A DNA stretch of 64,000 nucleotides, from the NCBI GenBank assembly GCA_013239625.1, contig MU054323.1, positions 15,194,029 to 15,258,028 of the forward strand. The letters run 5' to 3'. Source of the DNA: Lama guanicoe. Taxonomy: Eukaryota. Below the pieces are notes generated by a model. It worked only from the letters and a program-made list of their open reading frames with translations. It did not search any database and was not told the DNA's origin. The position numbers and the translations under genes are program-made. Below, piece by piece: positions 51,827 through 62,720 of the stretch (within the stretch, counting starts at the first letter, position 1; every line of letters begins with the position of its first letter).

Positions 51827-52599
51827 GAACCCTGGCCTGACTAGACAGCACACCCAGTATTCAGACTGAAGGGTATGTTGCCCCATGGGAGCATCGTTGC
51901 CTCATCGTTTGATTCTCAGGGCTGCCTGGCTCACAGTGTTTCTGTGCTTTCACTGAAACCCTCTTTGTTTCAGAGATGCTTGTGAGGCAAAGGCCAGAAC
52001 AGGAGGACCCAGGCAGAGTTAACTGAAGAAATAACCTTTTGGGAGAGGGAGGAGTAAATCTGGTGATGGTGAAGCCTGATTGCTAACAGGACAGCACCTT
52101 GATTAACTCACCTGTAGTTCAGGATTATGGGTTTAGAAGAGGGATATATTTAAGATGATTTTTATATTGCATATAGAAAATGAATACAATGACCATTATA
52201 TTCTGGGGTTATACTGAAAAAAAAGTATTAGTAGAATGAATGAAGTAGATAATGTTGTATGTGTCTAATAGTCTGGATAATTTTTGTTGGACTGTAAGTT
52301 ATTCTTCCACAACCTTTTATCTGCAGTTAGGTCCTTATCTGCTTTTGAGATACCATGAGCAGTACCTCACCTGAAGTGAGACTCACTGACCTGTGGGTCA
52401 CAGATCATATGTGTACCAGGCCCTGTAACAGTTAGCTAGGCCTGGGCCCACTCGGCTGGCCTTGCTCTTAGCCTGGGGTGCAGCTCTGCAGCTCATGGCC
52501 CTTTTCTGTCTCGCCATGAACTAAAGATCCTGCTTCCACAGACTGGCCCTGGGAATGGAGGTGATCCTGCCCTCTCTGACAAGGAATGTTCCTGTCCTG

Positions 52600-52795
52600 C
52601 ACCATAGTTCAGTGGTGAAAGGCATGGGCCGTGGAGTCAGACAGACCTGGGTGGGATTCTGGTTCCTTTATATCTAAGCTTAGTGAAGGTTCTCAACATC
52701 TCATTTGTAAATTGGAACTAAAAGTAAACCTTTATATTGTGAGGATTAAATAATAATGTAGAAAAGACGATGGTGCACGTAGAGGTGATTAATAC
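52600..52795 (+). mobile_element. MIR SINE
   Basis: 'agtggtgaaaggcatgggccgtggagtcagacagacctgggt...ctcatttgtaaa...tgtgaggattaaataataatgta'. Confidence 0.85.
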
Positions 52796-53409
52796 CTCTT
52801 TGACTTCTAAGATTAGGAACACCATCCAAAGCCAGCTGGACATTGGTTATTGGGGTGGATATTGGCCTTCTTGGATTCTGGTTATTGACCTTTGCAGGTC
52901 AGACCTACTGCTGAGTAAGCAGTCCTGCTTGCAGTCTATCTTCCTTTTGTTTCTCTATTCTCCTCCAGCCAGATTCTAACAAAGAAGGGATGGGAGGAGC
53001 ATTTCTGTGTCTCATAATTTACCTCAGCCTTGGCCTTGGTAAGACAAAGGAGATTGATTACTTTGGTACAGAATAATTAAGTAGGCAGGGTCCAAACTGC
53101 CAATAATATCAACAAAGCAATTCATTAAGCAGAGTAGATGCTATTGGTTAATAAACTGACTTTTAAAAAAAGTTTGCCATGGGTAAGTCAAAATTTTGCA
53201 TAATTCATCTAAAGATGAGGGAGAGTTGACTTTAGTTGCCAAGTGTTTCTAGATATTGTCCACAAATGAGACAATTTCTCATTTATGTCATATAATAAAT
53301 ATTATTGGCAATGAATCTGAGGGTTTTTTTAGAAACTGTGACCCTTAAAATCATCCTCAGATTGTGAGGAAATTGCACTTGTGTTCAGCATATTTCATTG
53401 TCTCACTCC

Positions 53410-54352
53410 AGTGATGTGGTAAAATGACCATAGATTTTAGAGTCAGATAGACATGTTTTTTTTTAAACATTTTTTTATTGAGTTATAGTCATTTTACAAT
53501 GTTGTGTCAAATTCCAGTGTAGAGCACAATTTTTTCAGTCATACATGAGAATACATATATTCATTGTCACATTTTTTTTCCCTGTGAGCTACCACAAGAT
53601 CTTGTATGTATTTCCCTGTGCTATATAGTATCTTGTTTATCTACTCTACATTTTGAAATCCTAGTCTGTCCCTTCCCATCCCCCACCCCCTTGACAACCA
53701 CAAGTTTGTATTCTATGTCTATGACTCTGTTTCTGTTTTGTATTTATGTTTTTTGTTTTCTTTTTTTTAGATTCCACATATGAGCAATCTCATATGGCAT
53801 TTTTCTTTCTCTTTCTGGCTTACTTCACTTAAGATGACATTCTGCAGGAACATCCATGTTGCTGCAAATGGCATTATGTTGTCGGTTTTTATGGCTGAGT
53901 AGTATTCCATTGTATAAATATACCACATCGTCTTTATCCAGTCATCTGTTGATGGACACTTAGGCTGTTTCCATGTCTTGGCTATTGTAAATAGTGGCTG
54001 CTATGAACATTGGGGTGCAGGTGTCTTTTTGAATTAGGGTTCCTTTTGGATATATGCCCAGGAGTGGGATTCCTGGGTCATATGGTAAGTCTATTCCTAG
54101 TCTTTTGAGGAATCTCCATACTGTTTTCCACAGTGGCTGCACCAAACTGCATTCTCACTAGCAGTGTAGGAAGGTTCTCTTTTCTCCACAGCCTCTCCAG
54201 CAATTTGCAGACAGACATGGTTTTGAATTTCACTCTGATATTAACTTAATATCACTGAGCCTATGTTTTCTCTTAAGTGAAATAATTTTAGTTTTCTCTG
54301 TTTTTCAAGATGGCTCTACAGATTAAATGTGATAATACCTAACAAGTGCCTT
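53410..54352 (+). mobile_element. MIR SINE split by an L1 insertion
   Basis: Left half 'gtggtaaaatgaccatagattttagagtcagatagac', right half 'ggttttgaat...ctgagcct...gattaaatgtgataat...aagtgcct'. Confidence 0.7.
53461..54207 (-). mobile_element. Young 5'-truncated L1, same subfamily as 15835-16730
   Basis: ORF 53960-54145 (-) [32 protein letters not shown] is L1 ORF2p. The 3'UTR is closely similar to the reverse complement of 16400-16720. TSD cagatagacatgttttt (53444-53460) / cagacagacatggtttt (54208-54224). Confidence 0.96.
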
Positions 54353-54689
54353 GTGTCTGCCACACCCAATTTCTATCTTCATTTTTGTCTTCCAAGCCTA
54401 TATGGAGGGCATACTTACGTTAAATGAACTTGGTGAAAACTAACAGCTTCTCATCTGAAAACTACTCTGCATTCATCCCTTCACACAAGAAACGTCAGTG
54501 TTACCTAATGTTCTACAATAGGTCTTGCTGACTATCTCAGTTTTTTTCTTCTGGGCAGTGCCACTCAAGTTAGAGATAGGGGAAGGGAAGTGATTGAATT
54601 CATCAACTGGGATAAATGGGAAAGAGGAGGGTTGCTGAGCGTGTGTTGTCATGAGTGAAGTTGTTACCGTGTACTGTTCGTGGCACAAG

Positions 54690-55150
54690 TGATTACTGAG
54701 GGGCTAGTACAAGTAGGCACTGTCCTAGGTGCTGGGGATACAACAGTGAACACAACAGGTCAAGTTCCTGGCCTCGTGGCCCTTACGGGCTAGTGAGAGG
54801 GATACAGAAGATTAACTCAGTAAAACAGGTAGTGCTGTAGATAGTGATCATGATGTTAAGGAAAACAAAGCAAAATAAGAGGGACAAGCAGAGCTGGGGT
54901 GGATGTGGGATTTCTGTCTCATGCAGGGTAGCCAGAGAAGGGCTCTATGATAAGGTAGCATTTGGGCAGGAGCCTGCAGGAAGTGAAGGAGAGTTTGGAG
55001 ATATTAAGCCACAGAATTATCCATCCAGAGAAATAAGTTGCAAAGGCTCTTGAGGAAGGAGGGAACATGGACTGTTTAACGACTATCAAGAAGATTGGTG
55101 TGATTGGAGCAAGAATGAGAGCTTAAAAGACGAGATCAGAGAAATGAGGC
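54690..55150 (-). mobile_element. L2 3' fragment (continues at about 57020-57155)
   Basis: 'aggcactgtcctaggtgctggggatacaacagtgaaca...ccagagaagggctct...ggtagcatttgggcag...tgcaaaggctcttgagg'. Confidence 0.85.
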
Positions 55151-55349
55151 CTGAATATGCTCCTTTCCCCACAGGTGAAGTTTGTGGAGTGTTTTTGGTT
55201 GACAGGATAATTAAGGTGTGCTACTGTTACAGAGTGGGTGGAGGCCAATGATACTAGACGCACAGCAATAGGTACATAGTCTTGCACAGTGAAGAATTAG
55301 CCTACATCTCACCCACTTTTCAAATACATGAATGAGTATTTGTGTAGTA

Positions 55350-55477
55350 TAGGGCTGCCATGGTGGGAGTGATGGACTGCAGAATTTTTGGAAGCACCAT
55401 TGAGATGGATCTGCTGGGCATGGTGTCCCCAAGGACTGAGTCTTGCACAATCTGTACACCTGTAAGTGGCATCCCCG
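55350..55477. mobile_element. Small MITE-like element (MER91/hAT-Tip100-like)
   Basis: Imperfect terminal inverted repeats gggctgcca / tggcatccc and internal 'tgcacaatctgtacacctgtaag'. No TSD seen. Confidence 0.45.
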
Positions 55478-55663
55478 CACACAGTAAAAAAAAAAAAGTG
55501 TTTACAGTTTTGAAGTCTGAAACTTTACTCCATTTTACATGTAAACAAAAAGTTTTTATTTTGCACCATTTTATAATTACTGGATTTCTTAGGACTCTAG
55601 CTACTATGTGGATGAAAGAAATGTGTTATTTTCTCAAGAACTTTACCAAGAGTTTTTCACCAT

Positions 55664-56682
55664 TCTCTCAGTCAGGGTCCAATCAGGGAAGTTAAATCAT
55701 ATGGTAAGTTAAACAGGAAAGCTTACTGTAAAGCACTGTTAACTATAACATAAAATTAGAATAACTGGGGATTGGTGAGTAAGAAGGGAATTGTAGGGAA
55801 CGTAGGAGCGACAGCTGTAAGAGTCAGCACTACCCCTAAGGCTAAGAGAGAACAAACAAGGAAGAACCACCCACCCTGGAGTGAGGGACTGCTGAGAGCC
55901 AGTACTTGTTGGAATGGCACAGCCCTGGCTCATTGGTTGGTAAAGAAGTTGCTGTGGTTTTGCACTGGCAGAACTTGCTCAAAATGTCCCTTTTGGAACT
56001 TTTGAAAAAGATCAAGTGTTGAGGAAAGCCATTTGTTGGAAGGGTCTCTTGGAGGTGCTCTGCTAGGACACTGAGTAAGAGGTGTACTGGAGGACTGCTG
56101 GCTGCTGGGTGCTGCTGGTCCCTGTTCACTGCAGGAACCTGGGCATGGGTAACATGTCTGTGCTGGAGGAGTTGCAAGGGCTTCGGGAGTTGGTTGTTGA
56201 AGAAGCTGTACAGGGTGCTGCTGGTCCCTGTTCACTGCAGGAACCTGGGCATGGATAATATGTCTGTGCTGGAGGGACTGCTGGCTGCTGGGTGCTGCTG
56301 GGCACTGCTCACTGCAGGACCTGGGCATGGGTAACATGTCTGTGCTGGAGGAGTTGCAAGGGCTTCGGGAGTTGGTTGTTGAAGAAGCTGTACACACTGC
56401 AGGAGCTGGATGTCAGAGAAGCAGTCCTGCTGCAAAAATATGGTTCTGAAGGAAAAACACAGGCTGCAAGAACTGTGTGCTGTAAAAAGCCAAGCATACT
56501 CTAGGAGCCTGCAAAGAGTAGCTCACTGGAACCAGGAAAGAAATTCCCTTCCTCTGTACCCTCTACTGGCAAAGGTTAACATCGTGCGAAGGAAAAATAT
56601 TTAAAGGGCCCACTCCATTTTACAGAGCAGGCAATGACAGGTAGATTTGAGGCTGAGGGGCAATAAAGTGCTAACAGGCATA
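55664..56682 (-). mobile_element. About 1-kb ancient solo LTR (LTR78/LTR79-like) with 5-bp TSD
   Basis: Starts 'tctctcagtcagggtccaatcagg', ends 'aaagggccc...acagagcaggcaatga...ggcaataaagtgctaacaggcata'. TSD ACCAT at 55659-55663 and 56683-56687. Confidence 0.75.
56087..56394. repeat. Modular tandem duplication A-B-C-B-A-B-C
   Basis: Modules of about 20, 56 and 50 bp. The two C copies (56163-56212, 56345-56394) are identical. Confidence 0.95.
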
Positions 56683-57155
56683 ACCATTTTGGAAAATCAT
56701 GTCACTGATGGCAATCCGTTTGAGGCACCACTTTAACACATCTGCATTTGTTCTGGGTGGTTCTACATATAGATGCAATCCTCTGATGCTTCATTTTGTT
56801 TCCGAGTATATTCATGCCTGAGTATTTTGATCCTGAAATTTATATTATTTTTCATTAGTATTTTCCTTTTATTCCTCAGATATATAATATAGGTCATTAT
56901 ATTACTATTTTTGAAGTTACATATCTAGGTAGACTGAATTACACGTGCTTGCCTTTTCTGACAATTTAAAGCATTTGTTATACAAAGCTGTGGTTGTTTT
57001 GATAGGGTTGGGCTAGTAGACTTTTAAGCCAATGTAAGGAGTGTCAGTGAGAGGGGAAGCCGCTGGCGGGTTTTTGAGCAGAGGAGTGACATGAGTGGCT
57101 CCTGTTTGAAAAGCATCACTGCGGATGGCCAAGGGTGCAAGCAGGGAGACCAGCC

Positions 57156-57612
57156 TATTAACCAGGATCTCAAGAAGAAACGGAAGGCACATTCAACTGG
57201 GATTTTAAAGAGAATTCATTTAAGGAGCTATTTAGAGAGATGTGAGCAGGGTTAAGAGAACTAATAAGGGATGTCGAAGCACCCAGGGAAGAGCAGCAGT
57301 AGGGAATTGTCACCATTCTCGGCTCTAAAAGGAACCGAGAATTGTGCTATTGGAAGCAGGAGCTGCCTGAAGCCATGGAAGAGATCTGGCTTACAGGATC
57401 TATCACAGCCTTTGGCCAAATTAGTTTGCCAAAAAAAGAGAGAATAAATAACCCAATCTCTTCTCTCCCACCTCTTATTTTCTATAAGTGTCAAACCCAA
57501 CTGGAAACCAATGGATTAGTGAGTCTGGGTCGTGCCAACCACAGGAGTCACAGACCAGAGCAGAGAAAGGCCTGGAGTGGATTCAGATGGAAAGCAAATG
57601 GAGAATATCGAC
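57156..57612 (-). mobile_element. ERVL LTR (LTR33/LTR41-like)
   Basis: 'gaaacggaaggcacattcaactggg...ctatttagagagatgtgagcagggttaagagaac...gcacccaggg...aagcaaatggagaatatc'. Confidence 0.6.
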
Positions 57613-58248
57613 TTGGGTCTATTAATTCTAAAAGAATGGCAATGTCTTCTAAGTCCTTTGGCTGATTTGTTATTACATGTGAGATAATCTAACAATGAGG
57701 CTGATTTGTTTTAGGAGACATTTTTGAAAGATAGTCTTTCTGACCCTAGGAAGTCATAAGGAGGATGCAGTGGGGTAGCAGGTCAACAGATAACTGTACT
57801 ACGCTTCTTCCCTGGGCTGCCCTGTAGTTCCTGGCTCTGGAATCTGTGCTCTCCTCCTCTCCCCTCATTACCCAGGAATATATGTTGTAGTCATTTTAAC
57901 TGGGACTTTTACTATGAAGGGGCTGTCCCATTCTTAATCTTCCATACACTTCATCAAAACATGACATCGTTCTAAGATGGAAATGAACTAATATGAAGAA
58001 GAGATTCCTGCCAAGCCACTTGCATGGTTTATCCATTGTTTCAATAGGATTTTTTTTCTTAAATTTCCCAAATGCCTGTAAATATTTCAAGGCTTATCAT
58101 TTAAAAGTAGGATTAGAACTATCCTATGTTCTTAGCCATTTCCAGGGATAAAAAATGACTAATGAGTAGTAACCATGAAAAGGATAAATTAATTTTGGCT
58201 TATACCCACCTGAAACCTTTCAGTGTGCAAAGATGGAAAAGGCTATCG

Positions 58249-58366
58249 TTTTTTTCTTTTTTCTTTTTTTAATTTTTTTGTTTAATGGGAATTGAACCTG
58301 GGGATTGAACCTAGGACCTCCTGCATCCTAAGCATGTGCACTACCACTGAGTTATTCCCAACCCCC
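58249..58366 (-). mobile_element. tRNA-Ala-derived SINE (Vic-1 type) with duplicated B box
   Basis: Minus strand reads ...taactcagtggtagtgcacatgcttaggatgcaggaggtcctaggttcaatcccc... plus an A-rich tail. TSD-like aaaaggctatc (58237-58247) / aaaaggctgtc (58369-58379). Confidence 0.85.
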
Positions 58367-58924
58367 GAAAAAGGCTGTCCTGAGAGGTAGCAAGACTCCT
58401 TCACTGGAGGTATTGGGCCATTAACCTTGGATGGAAGTTGTAGAGCAGACTGGAGTTTTGGGTGTGTGGTTGACCCTATATTCTTAAGATCCCTCCCAAT
58501 CCTGGAAGTATGCAGTGCTCTGCAGGTGAAGATGTTTAAAATTGTGACACTATCTTGCTGTTTGGTTCAGCTGAAATGGAAAGAAACTGAAGCTGAGAGA
58601 GAAAAAGGAATGAATATGAAGAAGGAAAAGTTAGGAGAAAGAAAAGCAAGAAGGATTTCATATTGATGCACATGTGGGGTTGTGTTTTACTCATTTAAAA
58701 CATGATTGACAGGACCAAGTTCTTTTACTAGGGGTCCCTTTGGAGTTGGGGCTGCCTGTCCTCCCAGGTCAGTGGGTTGGAGTGGTGACCATGGAATTCA
58801 CACTCCTCATGTGCCAACATGCCAACATGGCAGCTTTGCAACAGTGCTTCCTGTCATCCACTCCTGTCCATTCCAAACTCTGTCATCTAAGGACTTTCAG
58901 CTTCCATCACATTTTCTGGGACAT

Positions 58925-59406
58925 TGTATCAGTTTCCTATTGCTACTAGAACAAATTGCCACACATTTAATGGCTTAAAACAACACAATTGTGTTCTCTT
59001 ACTGTTCTGGAGTTCAGAAGTCTGAGATGCTCTAACTGTGCCAAAATCAAGGTGTAGGCATGGCGATGTTCCTTCTGGAGGCTCTGGTAGAGGCTTTATT
59101 TCCTTCCCCTTCCAGTTCCTAGAGACTGCCTGCATTTCTTGGCTTGTGGCCTCTCCCCTCCAGCTTCAAAGCAAGCAGTGTAGCATCTTCAAATCTCTTC
59201 CTCTGACTCACACTCCTGTCTCCCTTATACAGGGGCCCCTGTGATTCCATTGGGCCCACCTGGATAATCCATGATAGCTTCCCCATCCTAACATCCTTAA
59301 TCACCTCTATCTGCAAAGTTTCTTTTGTCACATATGGTAGTATATTCATAGATTCTAGGGATTAGAGTATATAGCTCTTTGGAGCACCATTAATCTACCT
59401 ACCACA
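58925..59406 (-). mobile_element. Complete MaLR solo LTR (MLT1D-like)
   Basis: 'tgtatcagtttcctattgct...tggcttaaaacaacac...gttctggagttcagaagtctga...gggcccacctggataatcca...ctaccaca'. Flanks gacat/gaaat. Confidence 0.9.
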
Positions 59407-59581
59407 GAAATTGACACTTGAAATGCTCAGGTCAAGGAGAGGACTGAGATGGGGGCATGGGCTGGTGATGGTGGCAATGCTGAGCTAGCCACATATCCAC
59501 CAAACTGTGAACTGTTCAGACACATCATTTCAGACTAATTCACTACCCATGGTCACAACACCATCCTAGTGAAATGGGCGT

Positions 59582-59692
59582 TGTGGTAGTCATTAGTGCT
59601 GATTGTGAAGTATTTTTGGCCCTCTTTTGGGCACATGGAAGGCTTGCACTTCCCTGCCTTCTTAGGGTTAGGTGTGGCCATGTGACTTGCTA
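59582..59692 (+). mobile_element. MaLR LTR 5' fragment (MLT1I-like)
   Basis: 'tgtggtagtcattagtgctg...gggcacatgg...tgcacttccctgcc...gttaggtgtggccatgtgacttgct'. Confidence 0.7.
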
Positions 59693-61244
59693 CAGTCCCT
59701 GTCCTGATCCTCTCCACCAGGGCACCATTCCCTGACACTATCCCTATTCATCCAGGAAATCTGCTAGATCCTAAGACAGCCCAGCCACTTAAATCCCAGT
59801 TCGGAGGATGCTGTTCATCTATGGTTCCATTCACCTTTCAAAATTCACAGATCAGTGGTCAGAGTGAGCATGTTAGTCTGTTCTGAGAGAAAGACACTCA
59901 GAATTGTATCTTTTAAAGACCATACAACTAGTCCACTCAGCAGCCACAGCAGCCTTCATGTAGAGCTCCACTGTTTTCCTCCACCCAAAATATCATGTCC
60001 TCTTCTTTCTGCACCTCCTGGTACCACCATTATTCTAGCAGTTGGTAGAGTTTCAGCTCACCCTGAAGACCTCTGTGACCCCTTTCCTCTAACCCATGGA
60101 TACCACCTGCCTGAGAAGAGAACGGGTGGGATGTACCTGTGGCAGCTGACTCCATCAGTCTTACTCATGTGCATCCACACCAGCCTTGGCCTCCCTGCTG
60201 AGATTCCACCAACTAGACTAGAGCCCCGTCATTAGCGCTGATTTCCCTGAGACAGCCTGAATATGCTTGAGAGAGTTCCTCAGCCCCATTGGCCCATTCA
60301 CCCATCAGCAGTGTAGTAGACAGCCTGCAGAACAGTCATGAGAAGTTATCTCTGACTTCGGTGTGCACCAGCCTCAGCAGACCCTGCCCTGCTAGGAGAG
60401 AGCTTCTCATGTGGTGAGGTCAGCTCCATCTGTAGACTTGCAAACAAATCCAGCCCATCCACCCAATGCATTACAGAGGATGTGTAAAAACCTGTCTGTG
60501 TAATTTCCCCAAACACCCTCCTACTGGCTTTGCTCTCTCTTTACTCCAGGCCCTGCTTCCTACATCGGGATCTCTTCACATTGATGACCTATTCAGATGC
60601 ATCTCTCTAGTTTCAACCTGAGTCATTTTATTTAGGATAGGGGCTTAAATGACTCCTCTGGCTCAGGCATCTGCAGCTTTAGGTGAAAGGGGCTTCTGCC
60701 TCCAGATGTCACCCTGAGTGACCCACTCCTGCAGTGACCATCTTGCCTGGCCTCCCTCCCAGTGCATGGGCACCAGCTAGTGCCAGTCTCCGAACTCAAA
60801 CACTCTCCTCAGTGGTGTCAGGCCCTACCAGGGTTCACTAATAGGACAAGACTGAATTTCTCATTTTTTAAGTTGACACAAAGTCAGGACTTCAGACGTG
60901 TACTCAAGCTTACATGGGAAACTGTTAGCGTTTAGATGCATCCACTCCTCCTAAGGAAAAGAACTCAGGACTTCCCTGAAAGGGAGGCAGGGAGACTAAT
61001 ACCTTCTGAGAACATCGAGGTCATGATGTTCATGTTTTAAATCATGTCAGGGCAGCCAGGATTCTTACAAACTGATGGCTAAGAAATTGCCTCACTTTTC
61101 AGTGACTTTCCAGTGCCTTCCTAAGGCAAGTGCATAGAGGGAATCACAAGCAAGTGTGGTCACTGAGCAGATGTGTGTTCCTCATTCCTCATTTATCACA
61201 GAGCTTCCGTGCAAGGAGAGGGGACAGGCAGGCAGGAATGAAAA

Positions 61245-61476
61245 GGGAAGGGATAAATTGGGAGTTCAAGATTTGCAGATACTAACTACTCAATATAAAA
61301 TAGATAAATGACAAGTTTCAACTATATAGCAGAGGGAACTATGTTCAGTATCTTGTAGTAACCTATAATGGAAAAGAATATGAAAAGGAGTATATCTGTG
61401 TATATGTACAATTAAAACATTATGCTGTACACCAGAAATTGATACATTGTAAACTGACTATACGTCAATAAAAAAA
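61245..61476 (+). mobile_element. Short L1 3'UTR insertion
   Basis: 'gggataaattgggagttcaagatttgcagatactaact...gggaactat...tatgctgtacaccagaaatt...caataaaaaa', homologous to 2030-2260. Confidence 0.9.
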
Positions 61477-62614
61477 TTTTAAATTTTAAACATTTTTTAA
61501 AAGGTCAGCTTTCATGTCCTTGATCTGCTGCCAATAAATTGGATATAATTACAATTAGGACACTTGCAAAATTGAACCAGGAAAGTTCATCCTCCAATAC
61601 TGAAGTTTAAGGTGATTTCTAGTCATGGGGCAAAATAAAAAGAGGTCACTGTGAAACGATGGTCAGGTAGGATTATTGGCGTGAGGCTTTCTAGAGCAGC
61701 GTATTTAACCCAGAGTTTGCCTGGGAACCATCTAAGAAACAGCAGGATGCCTTGAAGACTTGTATTAGTTTCTCCAGTGTTTGTTTTCTGTGAAATTTAT
61801 TCCACTGAGCCTTCAAAACAAAAATAAAAAGAATGGGAAATAGATTTTTTTATTCATTTTCAGTCAATTATTGAGACAGAAAAATTCAGATATCAGTAAT
61901 TCTAGATTCTCAATATCTAGAAATTCAGAATTAATTTTGCTAGGCTCCAACTATAGAGAAACAAAATTAAGTAATAAAATAAATTAAATTTCTGTCTTAC
62001 CAATACACTGACTTCTGTTTCATCTTGTGATTTGCCTGGACTCCAACAAGCTACTTCTCTCCCCAAATTTTGTGTGTGTTGAATCAAAATAATTTTTTGA
62101 TTATTTGTTAGATTGACTGAAGGCGTGTGAAACATTTTCTTTTAAAACACGAGAAAAAGAGCAGGTGTGAGGATGCCACAGGAGTGATAATAGAAAGTAC
62201 TCTTTAGGACAGCACGGGCGCAGTGGTGTATTTTGTTTCGATTTAAAATTAAAAATTGAAAATAATTTAATTCCAGTTTTTATCTCTTGTATTTGCTCTG
62301 TGGAGTGTAACCAAAAAAGCTGAGATGTTTTATTTACTATTAAATGACACTTTGGCTAAATTAAACTCTTTGTATTTATAAATAACTAGTGTCTGTGTGT
62401 GTGTATGCACAGAATCCAGTAGCTTTGCACCCTATGACCATGATGACATCATCTCCCCTCCCCCCACCAAACTACTCCACAAGATGGATTTTCTATTGGT
62501 AACAATTTCAGCTCTAATGGAAAGAAATATTTATCCAACAAACCACGTTACGTTAGGACTGCTAAACGAATAGCAAGGATTTGTAAAGAGCCCTAACAGA
62601 CTCAAAAATCGGGA

Positions 62615-62720
62615 TTACTGGGGTCAAGTCTCAGCCCTGACATGAACTACTGCTAACCTTGCCCGGATCACTGAGACCAGTGAACCTCAGTTTCTTCATC
62701 TGCAAGTCAGATGTGGTAAC
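62615..62720 (+). mobile_element. MIR fragment
   Basis: 'gaacctcagtttcttcatctgcaa'. Confidence 0.6.

Larger units (their letters stand above)
55155..57018 (+). mobile_element. MER20B-like hAT-Charlie element, interrupted twice
   Basis: 'ttttggttg...tgctactg...gagtgggtggaggcc...tgcacagtgaagaatt', 'actccattttacatgtaaac...gaactttaccaagagtttttcaccat|tttggaaaatcatgtcactgatggcaa', '...atttgttatacaaa...tgatagggttg'. Confidence 0.75.

Noticed and set aside
56087..56394. CRISPR-like repeat/spacer appearance
   Set aside because: The context is mammalian, the 'spacers' are themselves repeated, the units are too long, and no cas genes are present.
55842..56604. Cluster of 64-155 aa ORFs on both strands with repeated Q/P/S-rich peptides
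   Set aside because: They arise from the stop-poor GC-rich duplication inside an LTR. There is no gene structure or recognisable domain.
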